DNA of 64,000 nt from Octopus sinensis (lineage: Eukaryota), in NCBI RefSeq assembly GCF_006345805.1, contig NC_043016.1, positions 14,632,001 to 14,696,000 on the forward strand, read 5' to 3'. Positions 38,529-47,929 of the stretch are shown here, one piece after another. A program made the position numbers and the translations under genes. The notes below the pieces were generated by a model that ran no database searches, was not told the origin of the DNA, and saw only the letters and a program-made list of their open reading frames with translations. Within the stretch, counting starts at the first letter, position 1, and each line of letters opens with the position of its first letter.

Positions 38529-39376
38529 CAACTACCAAACTGCTTTTCTACATAAACCCAACAACCACAAAACACACACACACACACATGTGCTGTTGAA
38601 GAATTACTGCCTTCCTTTCAGAAATCTTTGTTGCGTTCACCTATTCATTGAACAATCCAGCATTTGAACTCGGAAGGCAAAGACAGACTAACCGCCATTA
38701 AGCATTTGGTCCACCATTCTAACGGTTCTGCCAGGTTGCTGCCTTCTTCTCAATTCCAGTCTCACTACATATGTTTTCTTCTAATCAGTTAATGTTTTCA
38801 TTAACGAAAACAGTTGATGCTTATATTTGCTACTTTTGCATAAAGATTTGAATGAAATTAGATAAAGCATTAAGCTTTTATAACCTTAGATTCCTGAGAA
38901 TTATTTTAACTGAGGCTAACAGAGTTTCATTTTCAGGTTTCTTGAAGGATATAAAAATATCTTGATATCTTCATTTCATATATATATATATATACTATTT
39001 TTATAATAAAAGGGCAAAATCCGTAATAATTTTACTAGGTAATCAGTGTGGAAATAAAAACCTCCTAGGTAAATTTTACAAAATATTTTATAATTATATA
39101 CATAATTATAACAAGGAATCAGCTTTATGCCTCACCACATACTGCAAGAAATAGAAGCTAAAAGCCTCTATAACCACCTTAAAATCTCAGAGAATAAGTG
39201 TGTTATTCTCAGAGATTTTAAGGTGGTAATAGGGGCTTTTAGCTTCTATTTCTTACAGTGCATGGTGAGGCGTAAAGCTGATTTCTTGTTATAATTATGT
39301 ATATAATTATAATATATATATATATATTGCTTATAGAAATACATAAATCCTCCAGAGAAGTATACTCTCTTAACTG

Positions 39377-39415
<39 letters not shown>

Positions 39416-42030
39416 ATATATATATATATATGTATGCGTGTGTATCCTTCAAAATATATTTCTAAGAAATTGCTTTCTGCATTAATTACAGCTGCATAAT
39501 TTGACTTACTGGACAAGAAATTGGAAACCACTATCCAAAGCATCAAGTGTATATACTGTGCCAAGCAAATCAGAAAGTATGTCTACTGTGGCGAGCAAAT
39601 CAGAAAGTGCACATGCTGTGGCGGAAAAATCAGAAAGACCTACCATTGAAGGTATAGTGTGTTGTATTATATATTTACTGTAACAGTTCATTTCACTTTG
39701 GTTAGGTCCTACACACATGCATGTGTGCACGTGTGCACAAACACACACACAAGAAGTCTGCCAGACTTTTACAGAATTAGGTGGGCATAAGCATACTTGA
39801 TATTGTTATCATTTGGCCTAACTCATCATAATGTAAATACCACCATGACTGATATCCAAACTACAGAGGAAAAGGTTAGCCACTGGATTTGGTTAAAAAG
39901 AAATGATGAGTGATGGCTAAAAGAATATTGAGCTTTATTTGAAAACCAGTTCATCTAACAAGTGGGGCCTCATATCAGTGAGGTGGGGCCGGTGCGCAAT
40001 GATGCTGTTGAGAGGTAGGCCCTGAAACAGCGTGCATTCTCTCCTGATGACCCCCATACACTTGCTGGATTCTGGTATGCAGAGTTCTCAACTGGTAGCA
40101 CTTGCATGTGCTAGCTGTTTGCAAAACATCAAAATTACACCTTATAGCTAATTTTGGATAAAAGTTAAAAAAAGACAGAGGGTACAATTTTTCTAAATTA
40201 AATATATATATGTGATACAATGGAAAATTATTTTGATATTTATCAATAAAATGAAAAATCTGGACATGTTTTAGCTTTATCAATGCACCACAAACTAGCT
40301 GTTACTGTATGGTTTCATCTGACCACTAAATTTTGCATGCTCAGACATTCCTACATATTTTCCTTCAGTCACTTTACTAAGTTATTACACCCTTCTGCGA
40401 CACAATCAACCTATATCTCTCTAGTTATTCTATGATTTTGTAATTACCATTAGACTATGGCTTACTGATGAGGTTTAATAGGACTGAAACATGTCCATTG
40501 TAATCATTACAGTGTTAAACACCAGACACACTCAAGCTGTATCTTATATTTAATTAGTTTCAATTAAAATTTCAGATAATGTCTCACATCTCTTTTTTTT
40601 AAACCAGAAATAATAATTTAAATAACGATTCTTCACATCACAAGAAGTATGATTTAATTAAATTTTCCTAGTTTAGTACATAAAGTATGATAGTGCTAAT
40701 ATTTTTGTGGTAAGTGTGTAGTTAATTTTTCTTAGTCATTCTTTTAGATATATTTACCAAATTCTAAATAATGAAAATTCCAATATGCATTGTACATTTT
40801 TCATGCAAATTCATATATGACATTTCAAACCTATTTTAATGAGCCAGAGTTGATTAACACTAATTAAAGTATACTAACCCAATTTCTGGAAAGCTTAATC
40901 TCTCCTTATGTTACTCATTTGCAAACATCACTCATACATTGCTTATTAAGGGAGATGATTTATTTATGAGAAGGCATATGGCTTGGTGGTTAGAATATTC
41001 CCTTCACGATCATCAGGTCCTGAGCTCAATTCCTGTCACTCTTTGAGCAAGACATTTTAATTCATGCTGACCCAGCCCACTCAGCTGGCAAAAATGAGTA
41101 GTATCTATATTTGAAAGGGCCAGTCTTGTTGCATTTTGTCCCATGTTGAATCTCCCTGAGGACTATGTTAAGGGTACACATGTTTTAGGAGTACTCAGCC
41201 ACTTGCACATTAATTTCATGACCAAGCTGTTCTACCGATCAAATCAAGTGGAACCATTGTTGTTGTAATCGACGGAGTGTCAGTTTGATTTATTTGAGAA
41301 GAGCATCTGGGGTGGAAATAGACTAACTCAGAATTCTTCTTCTGAATTAATTAATGAAATAATTAAGTAAAGGATATTTTCCTTAGAATTTTATGCTATC
41401 ACAATATTGGTTCAACTCTTCCTCAGTCATGAAATTAGAATTAACTTTGAACTGCATGAAAAGATTTAAGTCAGCAAAAAAGGTAGCTCTTTGATAGGAT
41501 TTTAACTATGAATCATAAAGTTTTATTTTACCTTTACATTAGCACATTTTGCTATTAATAAGTTAAACTAAGGGTACTAGTATGTGTTCTGGCTGATTAT
41601 GTTCTGTGTTCAAATTCTGTTGGGGCTGATCCTGCCTTTCACTATTCTGAGGCCAAGGATGAAATGAAATATCAGCTAAGTTGACTAAATCCCCTGTTGC
41701 AAAATTACTGGCTTTGTGCCAAATTAAAATCTATTAATCATTGGAACACTATTTAAACATTTAAAGTGAAAAATATCATTTTAACAAGTCTTTTTTTCAT
41801 TCTAAACTCCAGAGAAACCACCTGCAAAATGGTATGTTACTGCTTTCAACTGGATTTGTGGCATTGAAAAACTTGATCAACAGCCAGAAGAATTAACAGA
41901 GGCAGAGAAATTTCAGCTACACTTGAAAATGACTGATATCGGTGAAAAGTCAAACTGGAAAAAATTTACAAATATTAATGCTATTATACTGATCGTTCTA
42001 GCAACATTCTTGTGGGGTTTCTATCATTAA
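6179..42030 (+). CDS. SLC5A: SLC5A/SGLT-family sodium/sugar cotransporter gene (5'-partial); join(6179-6238, 8624-8728, 10124-10229, 20552-20632, 21183-21421, 25237-25372, 28901-29159, 34523-34685, 37383-37598, 39492-39651, 41813-42030)
   Basis: Eleven exons with AG/GT boundaries and matching phases splice into one uninterrupted frame. Diagnostic SSF motifs include [46 protein letters not shown] and HYLHF. Closest to the SGLT1/2/4/5 group by recollection; orthology is not resolved. Confidence 0.97.
7074..7119 (-). ncRNA. Minimal type I hammerhead ribozyme (extra nucleotide after A9)
   Basis: - strand: GACAC-CUGAUGA-A-GGCUG(gaggguauau)CAGCC-GAA-ACGU-U-GUGUU. Stem I is 5 bp (one G-U), stem II is 5 bp, and stem III is the palindrome ACGU. 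Confidence 0.75.
7198..7750 (+). mobile_element. ~550-bp interspersed element (family S5) inserted in a (TTA)n tract
   Basis: Homologous copies at 21713-22117 (- strand, internally deleted) and 29593-29800 (partial). All are flanked by ATT/TAA microsatellite. Confidence 0.8.
7963..8120. repeat. Compound (AAT)n-(GAT)n-(GAC)n microsatellite
   Basis: Read directly from the sequence. Confidence 0.95.
8624..8728 (+). CDS. SLC5A: SLC5A exon: [35 protein letters not shown]
   Basis: tttcag|GTT...TCT|gtaagt; 105 nt. Confidence 0.96.
9052..9550 (-). mobile_element. SINE S1 (diverged), head-to-head with the copy at 9648
   Basis: Reverse-complement tail at 9052-9260, (CA)n middle and tRNA-like head at 9400-9550. 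Confidence 0.8.
9648..10060 (+). mobile_element. Full-length tRNA-headed SINE S1
   Basis: GGCGCAGGAGTGGCTGTGTGG (A box)...GGTTCAGTCCC (B box), an internal TA/TG SSR, and a tail ...GGCGGTGCTCCAGCATGGCCGCAGTCAAATGACTGAAACAAGTAAAAGAGTAAAAG. Confidence 0.9.
10124..10229 (+). CDS. SLC5A: SLC5A exon: [35 protein letters not shown](G)
   Basis: tttcag|GCT...GGAG|gtaag; 106 nt, phase 0-1. Confidence 0.96.
10512..10850 (+). mobile_element. Retroposon family S2 (RTE-like 3' tail ending in (GAT)n) with three internal ~60-bp tandem units
   Basis: The unit ...GTGCCGGTGGCACGTAAAAAGCACC... occurs three times, then GGTTGGCATTAGGAAGGGCATCC...CAACCCATGCAAGCATGG...GATGATGAT. Related copies or fragments lie near 1560, 6520, 8170, 12020, 15300, 19490, 25470, 36570, 42330, 53660, 56690 and 58010. 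Confidence 0.8.
11248..11665. mobile_element. Two adjacent degenerate TTAA-type MITE copies (family with CCCTTTAGCATT-like ends)
   Basis: The shared core GGGTAGGTGTGAGAG...GAATATTTGGGCC...GGTTTAAATGCTAAA is also seen at 8820-8975, 56355-56575 and 60486-61125. Confidence 0.6.
13337..13764 (+). mobile_element. Full-length SINE S1
   Basis: Near-identical to 9648-10060. Confidence 0.9.
16388..16612 (-). mobile_element. ~225-bp Penelope/retrozyme-like monomer between TA-rich SSR tracts
   Basis: Contains the HHR variant at 16525-16574. A truncated homolog lies at 33003-33120. Confidence 0.65.
16525..16574 (-). ncRNA. Type I hammerhead ribozyme variant with G3:C8 core covariation
   Basis: - strand: UUUGUCA-GUGAACA-G-GUCGC(ggauuuua)GCGAC-GAA-AAUAUU-U-UGACAAA. 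Stem I is a perfect 7 bp, stem II is 5 bp, and stem III is palindromic. Confidence 0.7.
17905..18142. repeat. (TTC)n/(TCC)n polypyrimidine microsatellite
   Basis: Read directly from the sequence. Confidence 0.95.
18665..19485 (+). pseudogene. RTE-clade LINE ORF fragment (linker to N-terminal RT)
   Basis: [19 protein letters not shown]; SAGPSGIT; DWCSSIIV; NFRGITL; [12 protein letters not shown]. Multiple stops and frameshifts. Same family as 30140-31135. Confidence 0.75.
20552..20632 (+). CDS. SLC5A: SLC5A exon: (G)[26 protein letters not shown](S)
   Basis: ctacag|GT...ATGA|gtaagt; 81 nt, phase 1-1. Confidence 0.96.
21183..21421 (+). CDS. SLC5A: SLC5A exon: [22 protein letters not shown]...[21 protein letters not shown]
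   Basis: aatag|GT...CAA|gtaagt; 239 nt, phase 1-0. Confidence 0.97.
21713..22117 (-). mobile_element. S5 element (internally deleted) in a (TAA)n tract
   Basis: Reverse complement of 7198-7750. Confidence 0.8.
23060..23281. mobile_element. Tc1/mariner-type MITE
   Basis: Terminal inverted repeats ACAAGGCAGTGTTGAAAAGTTCCTGG and CCAGGAACTTTCCAGCACCCCCTTGT; the right end is followed by A (TA). Confidence 0.65.
24071..24953. mobile_element. 883-bp element with perfect 137-bp inverted repeats and an internal HHR (Penelope-like inverted pLTR architecture)
   Basis: 24071-24207 is the exact reverse complement of 24817-24953. An HHR core spans 24656-24759. Confidence 0.75.
24650..24765 (+). ncRNA. 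Type I hammerhead ribozyme with long branched stem II
   Basis: CUGAAGA (24656-62), GGC...~80-nt structured insert...GCC, GAA, ACAGCUGU (palindrome), C, AG. GUC cleavage triplet. Stem I is only 2 WC pairs followed by U-U mismatches. Confidence 0.65.
25237..25372 (+). CDS. SLC5A: SLC5A exon: [45 protein letters not shown](N)
   Basis: tcttag|GTA...CCAA|gtaagc; 136 nt, phase 0-1. Confidence 0.97.
26095..27001 (+). pseudogene. 5'-truncated mariner (DDD) transposase pseudogene with right end
   Basis: [13 protein letters not shown]; [12 protein letters not shown]; FHQDNAQPH; [12 protein letters not shown]. Ends ...TTATTTATGGGATGACCCAATA. Confidence 0.88.
27281..27775. mobile_element. Palindromic SINE/HHR composite element (copy 2) with both outer arms
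   Basis: The left arm 27287-27470 is inversely repeated at 27571-27750. Each arm has a decayed HHR core. The centre holds one tRNA-like unit plus GCTTGTGGGC. Confidence 0.75.
27938..28770. repeat. ~830-bp compound (CAC)n/(CAT)n/CGT microsatellite with higher-order units
   Basis: Recurrent unit ATTGTC(ACC)n(ATC)n. Confidence 0.95.
28901..29159 (+). CDS. SLC5A: SLC5A exon (SGLT1 exons 10+11 equivalent): [26 protein letters not shown]...[19 protein letters not shown]...ELMIVG(R)
   Basis: aaacag|AT...GGAAG|gtaatt; 259 nt, phase 1-2. Confidence 0.97.
29287..29500 (+). mobile_element. SINE S4 (diverged)
   Basis: GGCGGTGAGCTGGCAGAG...GAGTTCAAATTC...TTTGCCTTTCATCCTTTC. Confidence 0.7.
30140..31135 (-). 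pseudogene. RTE-clade LINE reverse transcriptase fragment
   Basis: [16 protein letters not shown]; DYSGIKLL; [10 protein letters not shown]; [13 protein letters not shown]; [15 protein letters not shown]; LFYAD. Frameshifted. Confidence 0.88.
32376..33000. repeat. ~620-bp (TACA)n microsatellite ending in (TA)n
   Basis: Read directly from the sequence. Confidence 0.97.
33181..33520 (+). mobile_element. tRNA-headed SINE S3
   Basis: TGGCTCAGTGGTTAGAGCG...GCTCGAATCCCGG; homologous to 5622-5950. Confidence 0.85.
33965..34393 (-). mobile_element. Full-length SINE S1 with internal 22-bp tandem duplication
   Basis: Reverse complement of the 9648 copy. ACTTATTCTTTGTAAGCCCAGT is duplicated near 34050-34095. 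Confidence 0.9.
34523..34685 (+). CDS. SLC5A: SLC5A exon: [54 protein letters not shown]
   Basis: ctgcag|A...TTG|gtaag; 163 nt, phase 2-0. Confidence 0.96.
37383..37598 (+). CDS. SLC5A: SLC5A exon: GAFVGLMSG...[12 protein letters not shown]...SKPIPKHQ
   Basis: tttcag|GGT...CAA|gtaagt; 216 nt, phase 0-0. Confidence 0.97.
39088..39312. repeat. 225-bp foldback (110-bp imperfect arms, 5-nt loop)
   Basis: ...CCACCTTAAAATCTCAGAGAATAA gtgtg TTATTCTCAGAGATTTTAAGGTGG...; the arms extend to 39088 and 39312. Confidence 0.9.
39492..39651 (+). CDS. SLC5A: SLC5A exon (loop 13): [13 protein letters not shown]...SERPTIE(E)
   Basis: ttacag|CTG...GAAG|gtatag; 160 nt, phase 0-1. LxxLxW start as in SGLT exon 14. 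Confidence 0.88.
41813..42030 (+). CDS. SLC5A: SLC5A last coding exon: [18 protein letters not shown]...[19 protein letters not shown]
   Basis: ctccag|AG...TAA. The C-terminal TM14 motif N.NAII..LWGFY is characteristic. AATAAA at 42049-42054. Confidence 0.95.
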
Positions 42031-43186
42031 TGCTAAATATCAATGCTAAATAAAGTTTGTTTAATATGAAAATATTGCAGGTTTCAAATACATTTTAGAA
42101 TTGACAAAACAAAATATTAATTAAAATGGCATGTAAGTCTGTTCAACTGTAATATAGTCAAAAAAATAATCTAGGACATAACTAATTTATATATCTGTAA
42201 GTGTGTAAATTTGTATATATGTACTCTTATGGAACATCTCCCACCTCTATCCCTTCTGTACTGCCTATACTCCCCACCCCACTGCTACATGAGAGAGGTA
42301 GGTCTCCATGCATCTCCAACACCATCCTGCTGGCGTGTTCATGCCATGTAAAACACACCACTGCTGACACCATATAAAAAGCACCCACTACATTCTGCAT
42401 CCAGACATAGAAACCATGCCAAAGTAGACAGTGGACCTTGGTGCCATTCCAGGCCTTGCCAACCAATGCCAGCATGGAAGACAGATGCTAAATGATGATC
42501 ATGGTGATGTATATATATGTATTTCATTCTCTCTCTCTCTATCTAACTATTTATCTATCTAGCTATCTATCTATCTATCCATCCCTCCATCCACCCACCC
42601 AAAACCTACCTACCTACCTATCTATCTATCTATCTATCTATCTATAGATAGACAGATAGGCAGACAGACAGGTAGATAGACAGCTAGATAGATTGACAGA
42701 CAGGCAGGCAGTCAGACAGATAGATAAATAGATAGACAGACAGACAGGTAGATAGCTAACTAGGTAGATAGATAGACAGACAGATTTATAGATAAATAAT
42801 AAATAGATATATATACACATATACATACATAGATATACACAAACACACACATGTATTTAAAGAATAGCAATGACAAGAAAACTTACTGGAAAAACAAAGT
42901 TTCTCAAATGAAAAGAGAAATTCAAAGGGTTGCTTTGGCCCAATGGTAGAAAGTCTGTCATGTTTACTGGAGATGTGGGTTCAAATCCCATGGACAGTCT
43001 TTCACTTTTTCTATCCAAAAGAGGTTTTTCAACCAAACAATTACAAGATATCATTTATAGCATTATAGCTTCAAGTTTCACTATAAAAGAAACATTATTT
43101 TCCCTCCACCCCGAAATTGCTGGCCTTGTGCCAAAATTTGAATCGAACATTTTATATTGGTAATATGTTTCTATTTTCCTTTTTAA

Positions 43187-43400
43187 CCCTTTCATTACCA
43201 ACCAGGCTGAAACCACTTCTGGCTCTGAGTACAAATGTCTTGTTTTCAAAAGTTTTGAATAAAACTCTTCCACCAAACCTTAGTCACAATTTATGTTCCT
43301 AACACTAGCTGAATGTTATTGTACTAAATTCTTTGCTATATTTTAAATTAATTGAAAGAGTCATACAGAGCATCTCAAAATAAATAAAGTAATGAAAGGG
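43187..43400. mobile_element. piggyBac-type MITE, 214 bp
   Basis: TTAA|CCCTTTCATTAC...GTAATGAAAGGG|TTAA: a 12-bp TIR with TTAA on both sides. Confidence 0.85.
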
Positions 43401-44310
43401 TTAAAGATAGATCCTCCATCAAATCAGTTGCTCTACCAGCTAGACTCATTAACTTAATATATAAATAGTTGAGTATTCCTTAGACATATGTACCCCTAAT
43501 GTAAAGTCACAGGCGAAATCAGGATCTTTGAACAAGGGGTAGAATACATTGACTGGGCTTCCACACAGATTCCATCCACATGACTTGGTTCAATCCAAGG
43601 CTACAATGAAAGAACTGCCCAAGAGATCAAACCTAGGAATCCATGACTGTAAAGCAAGCATTTTAATCAATCAGCCATGCTGTGATCTATTTCATAACTG
43701 GAAGACTGTGCGGCATCAGTAAACCTAAGAATTTAAGCTTGAAAGTTAAAAGTTTTCATTGCATATGAGACGCTCCTTTTCTCTAAATTGTCATCGCCTC
43801 TCCAAATCTTGGACTTTTCCATTTGAAATCCCCCCCCCTCACCGCCAACTGGCAATGATTCATGTTATTTTCCTTCCACTAACATGTTTCCTCTTGCTGC
43901 CTCCTAGATATTCTCCCCAGTGATACACAGACATGCACCCATACACACACACACATATATTAAAAGAAATGGATAACAAAACCAAGGCAGGACAAGTATC
44001 TCAAGTCATTTAGAGTATTTAATTTGAGTGAGATGAATCAAGAAATGGAGAAGTGGAAGTAATTAATGCCTTACAGCTGTTTCTGGGATATCCCAGATGA
44101 TAGGCCAACAACTCAATACGCTGGGTATTCTGTCATCAGAGACAAGTTGTGTATGCAGGAAAGTTTCAGGCAGAGAATTCACAGTATATAAAAGAATAAA
44201 ACAATAGATAGAAGAATAAAGACAGGAGAATAAAGTTCATGTATATATATATATGTATATATATAAGTAAATAAATGGAGTTGAACGCAGATGCTATTCA
44301 AATTCTTTTA

Positions 44311-44392
44311 CTTTCGACATATGTTTCGAAGACAACATTGGTTTTATTCCAAAGGAATAAACGGTGTAAATGCAATCTTCTCATCAGGAAAA
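44311..44392 (-). ncRNA. Intact type I hammerhead ribozyme (GUC)
   Basis: - strand: UUUUC-CUGAUGA-GAAGA(...UUUAUUCC uuu GGAAUAAA...)UCUUC-GAA-ACAUAUGU-C-GAAAG. Confidence 0.82.
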
Positions 44393-45495
44393 AAAGAGAG
44401 CCTATCTCCACAACAAGACATTATAACAATTTTGATGACTGCATAAATGATAAACAGAACGTTATTGAGTATTTTATATATATATATATATATATATATT
44501 TCATCATGTTGGACCATTAAAGCCTACGCATTTTTTCTCTCTCCATTTTTTTTTTTCCTTTCAACGCTTTCTTTTGAAGAGTGTAGACTCAAAATGTCAA
44601 AGACTTTTCCACTCTTTCTGAGTATCAAACTAATATACCTCCTCATTGCTCCCTCACCTGTCTCCATCTTTTGTTTTCCATAAATTTGAACTATATATAT
44701 ATATATATGATAATTGAATAAGTTGGAGTCAACAAGAAGGAGTACAGAGGAACATTTATTTTTAATCACTACAATTGTTTCCCCACAATGTAGTTCTCCA
44801 GGTTCATAGGTATTTGGCTTTGTAAGCATTTCCCTGCATTATGAGATTTGTTGTATTTCCTCAGGTGATGAATAATTATTGCTTCTGTGTTCTGTAAACT
44901 CAAATTCTCAGCTTCACTCTTCCAATCCTAATATTATATATATATATATATATTTACAAACAAGTTAACATGTATATAATGAGAGAAGAGGAGAGAGGGA
45001 GAAAAAGATATTTTTGAAAACAATGACTGAACCAAAAGTGACATCTTGAATTGTAATTAAATCTTAATGGGCTGACCACATCAATACAATATAGTTGAAA
45101 AAAACCTCTTTCTCTCAGTCTCTCTTCCTTTCCTCTTTACTTTTCTTTCTCTTTCTTGCTTGTCTTTCTCCACCCCCTGTCTCTCTCTCCCTTTCTCCAA
45201 AAAACAAAATTTCTCTTCTTCTAAACAAAACAAAACAACATCCGTGTTTCAATTTATATAAAAGAGACAAGAAACTTTCTGTAGATTATCTTGAAGAGTT
45301 GAACAGCAGCACTAATAAAGAATTAACTAAAATTCTGACTGCCTCCTTCTTAATATATATATATATATACATACATATAGCTATACATACATATATACGT
45401 ACATACATGCATACATTTGTACATACATGCATACATATGTACATACATACATATATATGTACATACATCCATACATATGTACATGAATATATACA

Positions 45496-45527
<32 letters not shown>

Positions 45528-46100
45528 GCAACTACCAAACTGCTTTTCTACATAAACCCAACAACCACAAAACACACACACACATATGCTGTTGAAGAAT
45601 TACTGTCTTCCTTTCAGAAATCTTTGTTGCGTAAACCTATTCATTAAAAATTAAAGTACAAACAACTTAAACAGTACTAACCTCAGTTATATATATCTTA
45701 ACTTTCGAATAATGTGGTAGGGCCATCCATTCATTAAATTCTGTTCTTAGTCATGTTTACAAGTGACTAACTTAATGAATTTTTAATAACTGTTTCAACA
45801 AAACTCCCGAGGACATTACACTACTTGATTATATCATAAATGGACGCTCAAAACCTTTTGTTCTTTTTATTCTGTCATGCATATTTTAATAAGCATTCAA
45901 CAGTAAATTTGTTCTTTTAGTCATTTTGTGAAGAAATTGAAAATCAGAACAGCTTAACTCATGTCTCAAACTTCATTTGTCTGATTTAATATTTTTATGT
46001 TTTCAGAAACTAAGTTCTTTTCCAATAAAGATTTCTACTATTTTAAGAAAAAGTACATCAATTGTTTGTAGTCATTTCTGAGATGTGTTTTTTTATTATA

Positions 46101-46970
46101 TGAGGAGGTACCCAAAAGCAACAGGAAACATTCTCTGTGGGATAAGCCCACTGTAGTTCAGGCTTTCACCACCAGAAGCCACTTGATGTGATCCTCAGGC
46201 ATCAGAATGCCAACCAGTGGTGTCAAGTGAAGTCATACTACCGCATGGTGCATCTGTTTTGCAGTGCTTCTTCCCTGTTCATCAATTTTTGTAATAGCTG
46301 AAATGAAGGAACAGCATGTTCCGTGAAATTCTGTTTTCTGCTGGAGAAAATGGCAGCCAAAACAGTTGTCATGTTTCAGACAGCTTACAAGAACACTGCT
46401 ATGAGCAAAACACAAGTTTACGAGTGGTTTTCACATTTTAGGAATGGTAACTTGTCGCTTGAATATTAATGTCATTCATGGCATCTACCAACCTCTGAAT
46501 CAAATGAAAATTCATGAAGTGATCTTGGAGGACTGTCACCGAACAATTTAACGAACTTGTTGATATGGTTGGTGTGTCTTGGAGGTCCTGCCAATAAAGT
46601 TTGAGTGAGGAATTGCGAATAAAGAGTTGCAGCAAAATTTCTGCCTTGGAAGATCAGGAGCAATCACAAGTGAATGTGTGTCGTGAACTGAAAGAACAGT
46701 TGGAAATTGATTTGGACCATTTTTCAAAGATCATCGCTGGTGCTATGGAATTTGCAGATGTGGAAGAGGTGAAGAAAAAACACCAGAGGCATTAGATGGC
46801 ATCACTTCACAAAAGTTCTAGGACTGTTTCCATCAGGGGAAAGCATGTCTGGACCAATGATGCACTGCTTCAAATGGAGAATACTTTGAAGGCAAGAAAA
46901 GTGTAAACATGTAAAACTAAGTGAATAAAATAATATTGCAAAATTCTGGTTTCTTTTGGGTACCCCCTCA
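46101..46970 (+). mobile_element. Internally deleted mariner element with both TIRs
   Basis: TIRs TGAGG(A/G)GGTACCCAAAAG at both ends with a left TA. Remnants VKFCFLLEK, VYEWFSHF, FSKIIAG and NGEYFEG. Confidence 0.85.
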
Positions 46971-47929
46971 TTTATATGAAACTTTACTTGCTCTTTCACA
47001 TGATTAGATTATTTATACATACACAGATAAACACACATATATATCTGGGGACAGGGGTGGGTATTCAAGTTCAGTCCTACTGTGTGGCACCTTGGGCAAG
47101 TAACTTCTGTTCAGCCTAAAGACAACCAAAGCCTTGTGAATGGATTTGATAGGCAAAAACTGAAAGAATCCTGTCCTGAATGTGTGTGTGTGAGTGTGTG
47201 CATGTGTGATTGCGCGAGTATGTGAGTGTCTCCTAGTCTTGACATTGCGTGGCTGTTGTAAATGAGCATCACTGTTATACAAGCAGTGTCATTTCTAATA
47301 TTCTGCGAGAACACAACTGGCCATGAGGAAAATATTACCTTTCTTGGAAACGGGTGACAGAAAGGTCATCTGGCTGTAGAAAATCTACCTCAAAGAACTT
47401 CTTCAGATCCTTGGAAGCATGGAAAAGTGGATGTAAAATAATAATGATTTTGATGATGTATGTATACATATTAGACAAAAATCAACATACACAGAATTCT
47501 TTGTTGTCTCTTTAGAGTGTTGACTTCATAAGAAGCAAAGATGAGCTGTTTTGAATTTGGATTATTTACCATTCACCTCCACTCATGCACCGAAAATATA
47601 CAAACCAGAAGCATCATATGCTGAAGAAATCAAGTGCATTCCATTTGTAGAATGGATGTTCTTGAGAGGCTTCTGAAGCAAAAGACTTTATGTATTACAG
47701 CTTACCATGAGCTCAAAGTTGGAATATTTTGCAGCAATACCAGAATTAGAGACCTCATCATTGGTTGGCGAAACAGAGTGAACTTAGGAGTATGCCAGGG
47801 TTTTAAGACTTTTTTTTTATAACTTTACTACATTATTATAATTTTAGTATGTTGTTTACTACACATCTAATAAGCTGACCTGCCAACTTTTGTTATTCCA
47901 GACTGAAGGAGACGGACGTAACTGAACAC

